A DNA stretch of 64,000 nt from Candidatus Falkowbacteria bacterium (GCA_003514005.1 DOSJ01000012.1:26508-90507); one strand, 5' to 3'. Positions 47,703-56,458 are shown, counted from the first letter of the stretch. A program made the numbers and translations. Notes: generated by a model not told the origin, from the sequence alone.

Positions 47703-48413
47703 ATGGGAAAAAAAATAAATCCAAAAGTATTCCGTTTAACAACCACAAAAACGTGGACGTCTAAATGGTTTGCCGATGGAAAACAATATATAAAAAATCT
47801 TGAACAAGACGTAAGAGTCAAACGGTTTTTATTGAAAAAATTGCGAGAAGCCGGAGTAGATCGCGTTGAGATGGAACGCAGTGCTGAAAAAGTTACGATC
47901 GGCGTATACACCGCAAAACCGGGTGTTATTATCGGACGCGGCGGTAACGGGGTTGAGGATTTGAAGAAATTGATTCATGGTAAATTTTTGTTCAGCTACA
48001 AACCGGGAAATATCAATTTGAACATATTTGAAGTTGACCGCCCTAACTTAAGCGCGATGATATTGGTACAGTCGATGGCGATTGATATTGAAAAGAGAAT
48101 GCCGTTTCGCAGAGTAATGAAGCAGACCATGAACAAAGTTGAGCGCGCTGGCGCCTTGGGTGTAAAGATTATTATCAGCGGACGATTGAATGGAGCAGAA
48201 ATCGCGAGAAGCGAAATGTTGACATCCGGAAAAGTGCCTTTGCACACGCTTCGCGCCGATATCGATTATGCCCGTGGCGTAGCCAGTACGACATATGGAG
48301 CAATCGGTTTGAAAGTTTGGATATACAAAGGAGATAAATTTGAAAGAGAAGAAGAAAAAAAAGGCGAAGTTGTTGGAAATAATCCACAAAACAGCAAGAA
48401 GTTTAAGAAGTAA
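47703..48413 (+). CDS. rpsC: 30S ribosomal protein S3
   Basis: GKKINPKVFRL...KPGVIIGRGG...GRLNGAEIARSE. Confidence 0.96.
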   Translation: MGKKINPKVFRLTTTKTWTSKWFADGKQYIKNLEQDVRVKRFLLKKLREAGVDRVEMERSAEKVTIGVYTAKPGVIIGRGGNGVEDLKKLIHGKFLFSYKPGNINLNIFEVDRPNLSAMILVQSMAIDIEKRMPFRRVMKQTMNKVERAGALGVKIIISGRLNGAEIARSEMLTSGKVPLHTLRADIDYARGVASTTYGAIGLKVWIYKGDKFEREEEKKGEVVGNNPQNSKKFKK

Positions 48414-48443
48414 TCATCCTACGCCAAGGCTCCGGATGACAGG
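48413..48443. repeat. REP-like palindrome, type 2 (atcatcctacgccaaggctccggatgac)
   Basis: A near-identical copy lies at 23142-23172 (atcatcctacgccaaagctacggatgac). Confidence 0.6.
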
Positions 48444-48489
48444 CCATTATTAGGGCTTTATATGATAAAGAAGTAAGAAGAAACAAAAT

Positions 48490-48894
48490 ATGTTGATGCC
48501 AAAAAAAACCAAATTCAGAAAATCACATAAACCATCACGAGGCGGAAAAGCCACACGATTGGTAAAGATTAGTTTTGGAAATTTCGCTTTGAAAAGTATA
48601 GGAGCACACTGGGTTTCTAGTCGCCAGATAGAGGCAGCCAGAAGAGTCATGTCCCGCTTTACGAAAAGAGGTGGAAAAATCTGGATCAGAATTTTCCCGG
48701 ATGTGCCGATAACGAAAAAAGGCGGAGAGATGCCGATGGGTAAAGGCAAGGGCGGAGTTGATCACTATATTGCGAACGTAAAGCCGGGAATGATAATGTT
48801 TGAAATGGACGGTGTTACTCCGGAGGTTGCAAAAGAAGCGATGAATCTTGCGGCCTATAAATTGCCATTGAAATGCAAGTTTGTTGCTAAGTAA
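48490..48894 (+). CDS. rplP: 50S ribosomal protein L16
   Basis: MLMPKKTKFRK...IEAARRVMSR...GKIWIRIFPD.P.TKK. Confidence 0.96.
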   Translation: MLMPKKTKFRKSHKPSRGGKATRLVKISFGNFALKSIGAHWVSSRQIEAARRVMSRFTKRGGKIWIRIFPDVPITKKGGEMPMGKGKGGVDHYIANVKPGMIMFEMDGVTPEVAKEAMNLAAYKLPLKCKFVAK

Positions 48895-48941
48895 AGCTGA
48901 TTTGCACAGATTTAAAACAAATTTACACAAATATTAATTAT

Positions 48942-49175
48942 ATGGAAATTAAAGAAATAAAGAAAAAAACTGAAAAAGAATTACACCAGCTTTTGATGGA
49001 ATTTCGCGATAAATTGCGCGAGCTCCGTTTTAAGGATGCGAATAAACAGCTGAAGAATGTCAGAGAGATTAGAATTGTCCGCACAACTATTTCCAGGGTT
49101 TTGACAATATTAAATCAAAAGAAAACAGAAGTACAGCCGGAAGAGAAGATTGAAAAAGAAAGCGAAGTAAAATAA
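48942..49175 (+). CDS. rpmC: 50S ribosomal protein L29
   Basis: ELHQLLMEFRDKLRELRFK...NVREIR..R..I. Confidence 0.9.
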   Translation: MEIKEIKKKTEKELHQLLMEFRDKLRELRFKDANKQLKNVREIRIVRTTISRVLTILNQKKTEVQPEEKIEKESEVK

Positions 49176-49206
49176 TAATTTGATGTTAAAATAATTAACA
49201 TATTAT

Positions 49207-49497
49207 ATGGTAAAAAAAGCAAACGACAAAAAAATAATTGAAAAAAAGACTGAAACAGTCAAGGCGGTTTTGATTAGAAAAAAGTTTCAAGGCGTGGTAG
49301 CGAGCGATAAGAATGATAAAACAATTGTGGTAAATGTTGATAGCGTAAAGATTCATCCGAAATACAAAAAACGCTTTACCAGAAGCAAGAAGTATAAAGT
49401 TCATGATGAAAAAAACCAATTTAAGATAGGTGATAAGGTAGTTTTCGAAGAATGCCGTCCAATATCCAAAGATAAAAGATGGAGAGTAATTTATTAA
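49207..49497 (+). CDS. rpsQ: 30S ribosomal protein S17
   Basis: FQGVVASDKNDKTIVVNVDSVKIHPKYKKRF...YKVHDE. Confidence 0.93.
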   Translation: MVKKANDKKIIEKKTETVKAVLIRKKFQGVVASDKNDKTIVVNVDSVKIHPKYKKRFTRSKKYKVHDEKNQFKIGDKVVFEECRPISKDKRWRVIY

Positions 49498-49571
49498 TTT
49501 ATGATTTATGATTTTTGATTTACGATTTATAAAAATCGAAAATCGGAAATCTGAAATCGAAAATCCGAAAG
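49498..49571. repeat. Intergenic word hairpin (gatttatgattt / aaatcgaaaatc family)
   Basis: ttatgatttatgatttttgatttacgatttataaaaatcgaaaatcggaaatctgaaatcgaaaatccgaaag. Confidence 0.6.
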
Positions 49572-49943
49572 ATGATCCAAAATGAATCAAAAATTAAAGT
49601 AGCAGATAATTCCGGTGCAAAAATGGTTTTATGCATCAGAGTATTGGGCGGTTATAAAAAGCGCTATATTCATGTCGGCGAGGTTTTTGTCGCGGCCGTG
49701 AAAGAAGCGGCTCCGCATATGCCAATCAAGAAAGGCGATGTTGTAAAAGCGGTTTTGGTGCGATCCAAAAAAGAGATCAGAAGAAAAGATGGAACATATT
49801 TGCGTTTTAATGAGAATGCCTGCGTAATCGTTGATAAAGAAAAGAAAGAACCGAAAGGAACCCGTATTTTTGGACCGGTAGCGCGCGAAGTGAGAAAAGC
49901 AGGATATTTCAAAATAGCCAGTCTGGCACCGGAAGTATTGTAA
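49572..49943 (+). CDS. rplN: 50S ribosomal protein L14
   Basis: [17 protein letters not shown]...RFNENA.V. Confidence 0.96.
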   Translation: MIQNESKIKVADNSGAKMVLCIRVLGGYKKRYIHVGEVFVAAVKEAAPHMPIKKGDVVKAVLVRSKKEIRRKDGTYLRFNENACVIVDKEKKEPKGTRIFGPVAREVRKAGYFKIASLAPEVL

Positions 49944-50029
49944 TTTTCGATTGACGATTGACGATTTTCGATTATTGAATATATATAAAATATTTGTGCT
50001 ATTTGTAGCAATTTGTAATTTGTAATATT

Positions 50030-50353
50030 ATGAATATAAAAAAAGGCGACAAAGTTAAAATAATTGCCGGAAAAGATAAAGGAAAGAGCGGAAAAGTTTT
50101 GCAAGTTTTCCCGGAAAAAAATCGCGTAAGCGTTGAGGGTTTGAATTTGCTTGTAAAACATATGCGTCCGCGCAGACAAGGTGAAAAAGGTCAAAGAATT
50201 GAATTTCCCGCACCACTTGAAGCATCCAATTTAATGATAGAATGTCCGAAATGCGGCAAGCCATCCCGAATCGGCGCGCAGATAGTAAAGGCAGAAGGCA
50301 AGAAAGACAAAAAATTCCGCGAATGCAAAAAATGTAAACAGATTATAGACTAG
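50030..50353 (+). CDS. rplX: 50S ribosomal protein L24 with a Cys4 (zinc-ribbon-like) C-terminal region
   Basis: IKKGDKVKIIAGKDKGKSGKVLQV (KOW), then CPKCGK...(26 aa)...CKKCKQ. Confidence 0.93.
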   Translation: MNIKKGDKVKIIAGKDKGKSGKVLQVFPEKNRVSVEGLNLLVKHMRPRRQGEKGQRIEFPAPLEASNLMIECPKCGKPSRIGAQIVKAEGKKDKKFRECKKCKQIID

Positions 50354-50429
50354 CATTTAGCCAGTAGTATTTAGCGAATTACAATTTTCGCTTAAAAGCT
50401 ACCCGCTACCCGCTACTAGCTAATTATAT

Positions 50430-50981
50430 ATGAAACTACAAGAAGATTACAAAAAGAATATTTTACCGAAATTAAAAGAGCAGTTTGGCTACAAGAATGA
50501 TTTTGAAGCCGCGCGCTTGCTTAAGGTTGTGATAAACGTCGGATTTGGCAGACATAACAAGGAAAAAGCTTTTATTGATAATGTCCTCAAGGGTCTAACA
50601 AAAATTTCCGGACAAAAAGCGGTTCCGACCAAAGCAAAAAAATCGATTTCATCTTTCAAGATTAGAGAAGGCATGGTAATCGGCGCTTGTGTAACCTTGC
50701 GCGGAAAACGGATGTATGATTTTGTTGAAAAATTGATTAATGTTACTTTTCCAAGAGTTAGGGATTTTCGCGGCATAAGCGAAAAAGGCATTGATCGGAA
50801 TGGAAATATGACAATCGGTATCAAGGAAAATATGGCTTTTCCAGAAATCAATCCTGACGATTTTGAAAATATTTTTGGGATGGAAATCTCTTTCGCGACC
50901 AGCGTTAATACGCGCGATGAAGGTTTGGCATTATTCAGATTGATGGGCTTTCCTTTTAAAAAAGAAGAAAAGACTAAATAA
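50430..50981 (+). CDS. rplE: 50S ribosomal protein L5
   Basis: KVVINVGFG...RDFRGIS...GN.TIGIKE...FPEI. Confidence 0.96.
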   Translation: MKLQEDYKKNILPKLKEQFGYKNDFEAARLLKVVINVGFGRHNKEKAFIDNVLKGLTKISGQKAVPTKAKKSISSFKIREGMVIGACVTLRGKRMYDFVEKLINVTFPRVRDFRGISEKGIDRNGNMTIGIKENMAFPEINPDDFENIFGMEISFATSVNTRDEGLALFRLMGFPFKKEEKTK

Positions 50982-51016
50982 AACTAACGAATTAAAAATT
51001 ATTAATTTATTATCAT

Positions 51017-51202
51017 ATGGCGAGAACAGCATTAATTGCAAAAGCAAAAAGAAAACCGAAATTCTCTACAAGAATTGTTCGCAGATGTTGGCGTTGCGGC
51101 CGCAATCACGGCTACATGCGCGATTTTAACCTTTGTCGCATTTGCTTTCGAGAATTGGCTGAAAATAACGATTTGCCCGGTGTAACAAAGTCGTCTTGGT
51201 AA
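51017..51202 (+). CDS. rpsN: 30S ribosomal protein S14, zinc-binding short (type Z) form
   Basis: 61 aa, CWRCGR...CRICFRE...GV.K.SW. Confidence 0.95.
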   Translation: MARTALIAKAKRKPKFSTRIVRRCWRCGRNHGYMRDFNLCRICFRELAENNDLPGVTKSSW

Positions 51203-51265
51203 TGAACACAGATTTCACAAATTTTAAACAGATTAACACAAAAAAATAACTAAGTATTTAAAAAT

Positions 51266-51679
51266 ATGATTGATCCAATCGCAGACATGTTAACAAGAAT
51301 TAGAAATGCTTCCGCAGTTGCCAAGCAGGATGTTGTCTTGCCAATGAGTAAAATAAAATTTGAAATAGCAAAAATTCTTAAAAGCGAAGGCTGGATTAAT
51401 GATGTTGAAGTTTTGAAAACCGGCAAGGGAAAAAGAGCGACTACTGTTTTTGACGAATTGCGGATTGTTTTGAAATATAAAAAGAATAGCATTTCCGTAA
51501 TAACGAATATCAAACGCATCAGCAAACCCGGCTTGAAAATATACGCGAACAAGGAAAATTTGCCAAGAGTTTTGAATAATGCGGGAATTGCGATTCTGTC
51601 AACACCGCAAGGATTAATGACCAATAAGGAAGCGAGAAAGAAAGGAATGGGTGGAGAGGTTTTGTGTGAAATTTATTAG
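51266..51679 (+). CDS. rpsH: 30S ribosomal protein S8
   Basis: DPIADMLTRIRNA...STPQGLMT...GGEVLC. Confidence 0.96.
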   Translation: MIDPIADMLTRIRNASAVAKQDVVLPMSKIKFEIAKILKSEGWINDVEVLKTGKGKRATTVFDELRIVLKYKKNSISVITNIKRISKPGLKIYANKENLPRVLNNAGIAILSTPQGLMTNKEARKKGMGGEVLCEIY

Positions 51680-51760
51680 TGATTAGTAATTAGTGAATTA
51701 GGATTATTTTAACCCTCTAATTAACTAATCAACTAATTAACTGACAACAGATAATTAAGC
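51680..51760. repeat. Intergenic word hairpin (ttagtgattag / ctaattaacta family)
   Basis: ttagtgattagtaattagtgaattagg ... cctctaattaactaatcaactaattaactg. Confidence 0.6.
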
Positions 51761-51812
51761 ATAAATTAAAAAATAAACTAGATATAAATTAACAGTTTCA
51801 AATACAAAAAAT

Positions 51813-52352
51813 ATGTCAAGATTAGGAAAATTACCAGTCGAATTAAATGCCGGTACTCAAGCGAAAATTGAGAAGGGTTTTATTATAGTAAAAGGGCCAA
51901 AGGGCGAGTTGAAGCAGAAAATGCATGAATTGGTTGATATCCAGATTAGTGAAAAAGAAATTTTAGTTGATGTTAAGAACAAGAAAAGCAAAGACGAGCG
52001 CGCCTTGTGGGGATTGTATCGCAGTTTGGTGTTCAATATGGTCGCGGGCGTTAATACCGGTTTTGAGAAAAAGCTGGAAGTTAACGGCGTCGGTTACAGG
52101 GTGGCCTTGGCTGGAAACAAGCTTAATCTGACTTTGGGTTTTTCCCATCCGGTAGAATATGTTTTGCCAGAAGGCATCAGTGGATTAGTCGAGGCCAATG
52201 TTATCACTATCAAGGGAATAGACAAACAGCTTGTAGGTGAGGTCGCGGCCAATATCAGAAAAATCAAAAAACCGGAACCGTATAAAGGCAAGGGTATTAA
52301 ATATATTGATGAAGTGATCAGAAGAAAAGAAGGCAAGACTGCCGCTAAATAA
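51813..52352 (+). CDS. rplF: 50S ribosomal protein L6
   Basis: MSRLGKLPV...GVGYRV...[10 protein letters not shown]. Confidence 0.96.
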   Translation: MSRLGKLPVELNAGTQAKIEKGFIIVKGPKGELKQKMHELVDIQISEKEILVDVKNKKSKDERALWGLYRSLVFNMVAGVNTGFEKKLEVNGVGYRVALAGNKLNLTLGFSHPVEYVLPEGISGLVEANVITIKGIDKQLVGEVAANIRKIKKPEPYKGKGIKYIDEVIRRKEGKTAAK

Positions 52353-52369
52353 TTTTTAAAGTTTTATAT

Positions 52370-52732
52370 ATGAACAAAGAGAAAACAAAAAGAATAAAAC
52401 AAGCTGTTAGAAAGCGAAGAATTAGAGCAAAAATTTCCGGCACGAATGAATGCCCACGTTTGAATGTGTTTAAATCCAATACCGGCTTATTTTTGCAATT
52501 GATTGACGATGCAAAAGGCGTTACTTTGGCAAGCGCCAGCAGCAAGGAAGTAAAGGAAAAAGCGAAAGGCATGAAAAAAACCGAGCTATCAATGCTTTTG
52601 GGAAAAGAATTTGCTGAAAAGATAAAAGCATTAAAAATCGAAAGAATCGTATTTGATCGCGGCGGAAACAGATATCATGGACGGGTCAAGGCTGTGGCCG
52701 ATGGCTTGCGTGAGGGTGGTTTGTCTTTTTAA
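52370..52732 (+). CDS. rplR: 50S ribosomal protein L18
   Basis: [12 protein letters not shown]...RL.VF.SN......FDRGG..YHGRVKA.ADG.REGGL.F. Confidence 0.95.
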   Translation: MNKEKTKRIKQAVRKRRIRAKISGTNECPRLNVFKSNTGLFLQLIDDAKGVTLASASSKEVKEKAKGMKKTELSMLLGKEFAEKIKALKIERIVFDRGGNRYHGRVKAVADGLREGGLSF

Positions 52733-52816
52733 TTTCTAATTTCAAAATTATAATTTCTAAAAATAAGATTCAATTTAGGCATTATAATTTAGAAATTAGA
52801 AATTGTTAATATATTA
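52733..52816. repeat. Intergenic word hairpin (atttctaa / ttagaaat family)
   Basis: tttaatttctaatttcaaaattataatttctaaaaataagattcaatttaggcattataatttagaaattagaaatt. Confidence 0.6.
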
Positions 52817-52825
52817 TTGTTACAT

Positions 52826-53515
52826 ATGACAGAGGAAAAAAAACAATTAAAAACCGAGAAAGTAGAAACAAAGGTTGAAACTAAATCTGATGTTAAGGCT
52901 GGTACTGCGGAAACAAAGGGCGATACAAATCAATCCGTTTATGCTAAAAAAAGGGCTGAGAAAGGTGGCGGTGCTCGAAAGAATTTTGGCAGAAAAACCG
53001 AGAAAGTTCCGGAAGAGTTTGAGCAGCAAATTGTTGATTTGGCCAGAGTTACCCGCGTTATGGCAGGCGGAAAACGCATGCGTTTTCGAGCTTGTGTCGC
53101 AATAGGCGACAAGAAAGGACGCGTTAGTCTTGGCATTGCCAAGGGCGCTGACGTGACAATCGCCGTAACCAAGGCTGTAACTAATGCAAAGAAAAAAATA
53201 ACCATCGTTCCGATTGTCAATGGCACAATTCCGCATGAAATATTTTGGAAAACCGGAGCCGCTCGCATCATGCTTAAACCGGCACGACGCGGACGCGGTG
53301 TAATCGCGGGCGGAGCAATCCGCATTCTGCTTCGATTGGCAGGAATTCAAAACGTTACAAGCAAGAATTTGGGAACCAGTAATAAGGTAAACGTTGCCAA
53401 ATGCACGATTGAAGCTTTGGAAAATCTGAAAAAGAGCGATAAGCCAAAAAGCGAAAAGAAGGCGGAAGAAGTAAAGGTGGTATTAGATACTGAGAAAAAG
53501 GAAAAAAGCGCGTAA
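52826..53515 (+). CDS. rpsE: 30S ribosomal protein S5 with N- and C-terminal extensions
   Basis: QQIVDLARVTRVMAGGKRMRFRACVAIGDKKGRVSLGIAKG...GRGVIAGGAIR. ATG at 52826. Confidence 0.94.
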   Translation: MTEEKKQLKTEKVETKVETKSDVKAGTAETKGDTNQSVYAKKRAEKGGGARKNFGRKTEKVPEEFEQQIVDLARVTRVMAGGKRMRFRACVAIGDKKGRVSLGIAKGADVTIAVTKAVTNAKKKITIVPIVNGTIPHEIFWKTGAARIMLKPARRGRGVIAGGAIRILLRLAGIQNVTSKNLGTSNKVNVAKCTIEALENLKKSDKPKSEKKAEEVKVVLDTEKKEKSA

Positions 53516-53547
53516 ACAGTTAAATAAAGAATTTTGAAAATAACAAT

Positions 53548-54039
53548 ATGTCATTATCACAACATAAAATAAAAGCAGAGAGCGGTTCGCAGAAAAGCAA
53601 AAAAAGAGTCGGCCGTGGCAATGCGTCCGGACACGGTACGTATAGTACCAGAGGTTTGAAAGGCCAGAAATCCCGTTCCGGCGTCAGCAACCTAAAAAGA
53701 TTGGGTATGCGCCAATTGCTTTTAAAGACTCCGAAAAAACGCGGTTTCACTTCTCTGCAGGAAAAATCTCCGATTGTCGGTTTGGATAATATCAATCTAG
53801 CCTACAAAGACGGCGAAACAGTAACCGTAAAAGATTTGTTTGAAAAAGGTTTGATTGCGACTCCGAAATTGGGCGCGAAAATTCTTGGCAATGGCCAACT
53901 GACTGTTTCAAACCTAACTTTTGAAGGCACAAAAGTCAGCAAGAGCGCGAAAGAACAGATTGACAAGACAAAAGGAAAGATAATCATGAAAAAGAAGGTA
54001 AATAAAGCCGTAAAAAAATCAAAAAAAAGCGAGAAATAA
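53548..54039 (+). CDS. rplO: 50S ribosomal protein L15 (follows S5 directly; no L30 gene between them)
   Basis: KRVGRGNASGHGTYSTRGLKGQKSRSG. Only 32 nt separate it from the rpsE stop. Confidence 0.95.
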   Translation: MSLSQHKIKAESGSQKSKKRVGRGNASGHGTYSTRGLKGQKSRSGVSNLKRLGMRQLLLKTPKKRGFTSLQEKSPIVGLDNINLAYKDGETVTVKDLFEKGLIATPKLGAKILGNGQLTVSNLTFEGTKVSKSAKEQIDKTKGKIIMKKKVNKAVKKSKKSEK

Positions 54040-54132
54040 TCAATTTTCAATAATCGATTTTCTTTGAATGACAATAGTTTGAAAATTAAAAAATTAAAAA
54101 TTCATTGAAAATTAAAAATTGAAAATTAAAAA
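54040..54132. repeat. Intergenic word repeats (ttgaaaattaaaaatt family)
   Basis: gtttgaaaattaaaaaattaaaaattcattgaaaattaaaaattgaaaattaaaaatt. Confidence 0.6.
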
Positions 54133-54141
54133 TTGATTCCT

Positions 54142-55413
54142 ATGCTAGAAAAAATTCTTCAAATTTGGAAAGTCCGCGATTTAAGAAACAAGATTCTTTT
54201 TGTACTCGGAATGCTTGTTATTTTTCGTTTTGCCGCGCATATTCCCGTACCGGGCGTTAATGTGGAGGCTTTGCAGAAATATTTCGCATCCAATCAGATT
54301 ATGGGACTTCTGAATATTTTTTCCGGCGGTAGTATGCAGAATTTTTCTATCGTTATGATGGGTATTGCTCCCTATATTACCTCCTCGATTATTTTCCAAT
54401 TGCTCGGAATGATTATTCCAGCTTTGGAAGAGATGCAAAAAGAAGAATCCGGACGCCAGAAAATAAATATGTGGACGCGCTGGTTGACCGTGCCTTTGGC
54501 TTTTTTACAGGCTTTCGGCATGATTACGATTTTGCGTAATTCATCCGCGGAAATCCTAAGCGATGTCAGCAGGATAGATTTTCTTATGATGTTGACGATA
54601 ATAACAGCCGGTACGATTTTTTTGATGTGGATTGGCGAACTCATATCCGAGAAGAAAATCGGCAACGGCATATCGCTTTTGATTTTTGCCGGCATCGTAT
54701 CCGGCTTGCCCCAAGCTGTCCAGCAGATGGCGGCGCAGTATGACCCTTCCCAGCTTTTCCTTTTGATCGGCTTTGTCGCGATTGCGGTCGTAACCGTTGT
54801 CGGTGTAGTTATCATAACCGAAGGGCAGAGGAATATACCCGTGCAATATGCAAAACAGATTCGCGGCAACCGTATGTTCGGCGGCACAACTACGCATCTG
54901 CCTTTGCGCGTAAACATGGCTGGAGTTATCCCGATAATTTTTGCTATTTCCGTAGTCTTGTTTCCGCCGATGATCGCGCAATTCTTTATCAAGGCGCGAA
55001 CCGCTTGGCTGGCAGCCGGCGCGGAAAAAGTTATTACGCTTTTTAATAACCAGCTTTTTTACGGAATTGCCTATTTTTTACTGGTTTTTCTTTTTACATT
55101 TTTTTATACTGAAGTTATTTTTCACCCGGATCAGATCGCAGAAAATTTACAGAAACAAGGTGGATTTATTCCCGGCATTCGTCCCGGACGGCACACAAGC
55201 GAGTACTTGGCCAATACCACTTATAAGATAATTTTTGTCGGCGCGCTTTTTCTCGGCATTATTGCCATACTGCCATTGGTAATGAAAGCATTCACCGGCG
55301 TTCAATCGCTTGCTATCGGCGGCACCAGCCTCCTGATCGTGGTAGCAGTTGTTATTGAAACCGTTAAACAGATTGAATCGCAATTGACTATGCGGGAGTA
55401 CGAGGGGATGTAG
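54142..55413 (+). CDS. secY: Preprotein translocase subunit SecY
   Basis: ELRNKILFVLGMLVIFRFAAHIPVPG, GI.PYITSSII.QLL, 10-TM layout. ATG at 54142. Confidence 0.96.
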   Translation: MLEKILQIWKVRDLRNKILFVLGMLVIFRFAAHIPVPGVNVEALQKYFASNQIMGLLNIFSGGSMQNFSIVMMGIAPYITSSIIFQLLGMIIPALEEMQKEESGRQKINMWTRWLTVPLAFLQAFGMITILRNSSAEILSDVSRIDFLMMLTIITAGTIFLMWIGELISEKKIGNGISLLIFAGIVSGLPQAVQQMAAQYDPSQLFLLIGFVAIAVVTVVGVVIITEGQRNIPVQYAKQIRGNRMFGGTTTHLPLRVNMAGVIPIIFAISVVLFPPMIAQFFIKARTAWLAAGAEKVITLFNNQLFYGIAYFLLVFLFTFFYTEVIFHPDQIAENLQKQGGFIPGIRPGRHTSEYLANTTYKIIFVGALFLGIIAILPLVMKAFTGVQSLAIGGTSLLIVVAVVIETVKQIESQLTMREYEGM

Positions 55414-55471
55414 GAATTTGGGGATTTACGATTGCCGATTTACGATTGCCGATTTAGGATTTTAGATTTAT

Positions 55472-55500
55472 AAAACAGCCTTGAAAGGGTTGTTTTTTTT
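55472..55500 (+). terminator. Intrinsic terminator after secY
   Basis: aaaacagcc-ttgaaag-ggttgtttttttt: a stem with one G-U pair, followed by T8. Confidence 0.65.
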
Positions 55501-55548
55501 GTGAAGTATTTTTTTGACTATCGGTCATATTTGTGCTAATATTGTAAT

Positions 55549-55851
55549 ATGGTTAAGGAAAAAGTAATAAAAAAAATAAATAAAAAACCCACAATCCATG
55601 ATTTTATCAAGAAGCGGAAGTATTTGATTTGGTGGGTGGCTGATTATGACAAGCTGAATGCCGAGGCGATTGTTGAGGCGACTTTGAATTATGGCGACTG
55701 GGAAGATGTGCAGGAGCTTTTTGCGATTATGGGTATCAAGGAAGTGGCAAAGATATTCCGAAAAAAGTCTAGGCCATCAAAAATGGGTAGGCAGAATTAT
55801 TTTCCGATTACAAAAAATTATTTTACTCTTTATTTTAAAAAGCATGCATAA
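55549..55851 (+). CDS. Small protein, putative antitoxin partner of the downstream NTase
   Basis: 100 aa. Its stop overlaps the next start (ATGCATAA, 8-nt overlap), indicating translational coupling. Confidence 0.55.
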   Translation: MVKEKVIKKINKKPTIHDFIKKRKYLIWWVADYDKLNAEAIVEATLNYGDWEDVQELFAIMGIKEVAKIFRKKSRPSKMGRQNYFPITKNYFTLYFKKHA

Positions 55852-56458
55852 AGTTATTTTAACAGAAAAACAGATCGAGCTTCTGCCATTGGTAAAAAAA
55901 TTTAGGGAAAATTTTATTTTGGTGGGTGGAACAGCAATCGCTTTGCAGATAGGTCATCGACGGTCGATTGATTTTGATATGTTTTCATTTCAGGAATTTA
56001 ACAATTTAAAAATCAGAAAAACGATTATTAAAAACGGTTATAAGATTGGAAAAGTATACAAAGATGAAGAGGGGCAGTTTACTTTTTTTATTGATAATGT
56101 TCAATTTACTTTTTTTCATTATCCTTTTAAAATTGATTTTCCAGAAAAATTAGAAAACATTTTACAAATGCCAGATCTTTTAACCCTTGCAGCGATGAAG
56201 GCATACGCATTGGGTCGACGTGCAAAATGGAAAGATTATGTTGATTTATATTTTATTATAAAAAAATATCATTCGATTGATAAAATAATGGAAAGAGGTA
56301 AAAAAATTTTTAAGAATGAATTTAACGAAAAAATAATTCGCGAAGCGCTTGCTTATTTTGGCGATATTAATTATTCGGAAGAGGTTGAATTTTTGCCAGG
56401 ATTTGCAGTGGATGAAAAAATAATCAAGAAAGCTTTGGTGGAGTTTAGTATTGCATGA
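55844..56458 (+). CDS. Nucleotidyltransferase, AbiEii/AbiGii-toxin-like
   Basis: Started at ATG 55844: MHKVILTEKQIELL...FILVGGTAIALQIGHRRSIDFDMFS (GG...S.D.D NTase motif). Confidence 0.65.
   Translation: MHKVILTEKQIELLPLVKKFRENFILVGGTAIALQIGHRRSIDFDMFSFQEFNNLKIRKTIIKNGYKIGKVYKDEEGQFTFFIDNVQFTFFHYPFKIDFPEKLENILQMPDLLTLAAMKAYALGRRAKWKDYVDLYFIIKKYHSIDKIMERGKKIFKNEFNEKIIREALAYFGDINYSEEVEFLPGFAVDEKIIKKALVEFSIA

Noticed and set aside
55691-55843. Long N-terminal extension of the NTase ORF (start at 55691)
   Set aside because: It overlaps the upstream 100-aa ORF in another frame. The ATG at 55844 gives the typical MHKVILTEKQ... N-terminus and a coupled ATGCATAA stop/start overlap.
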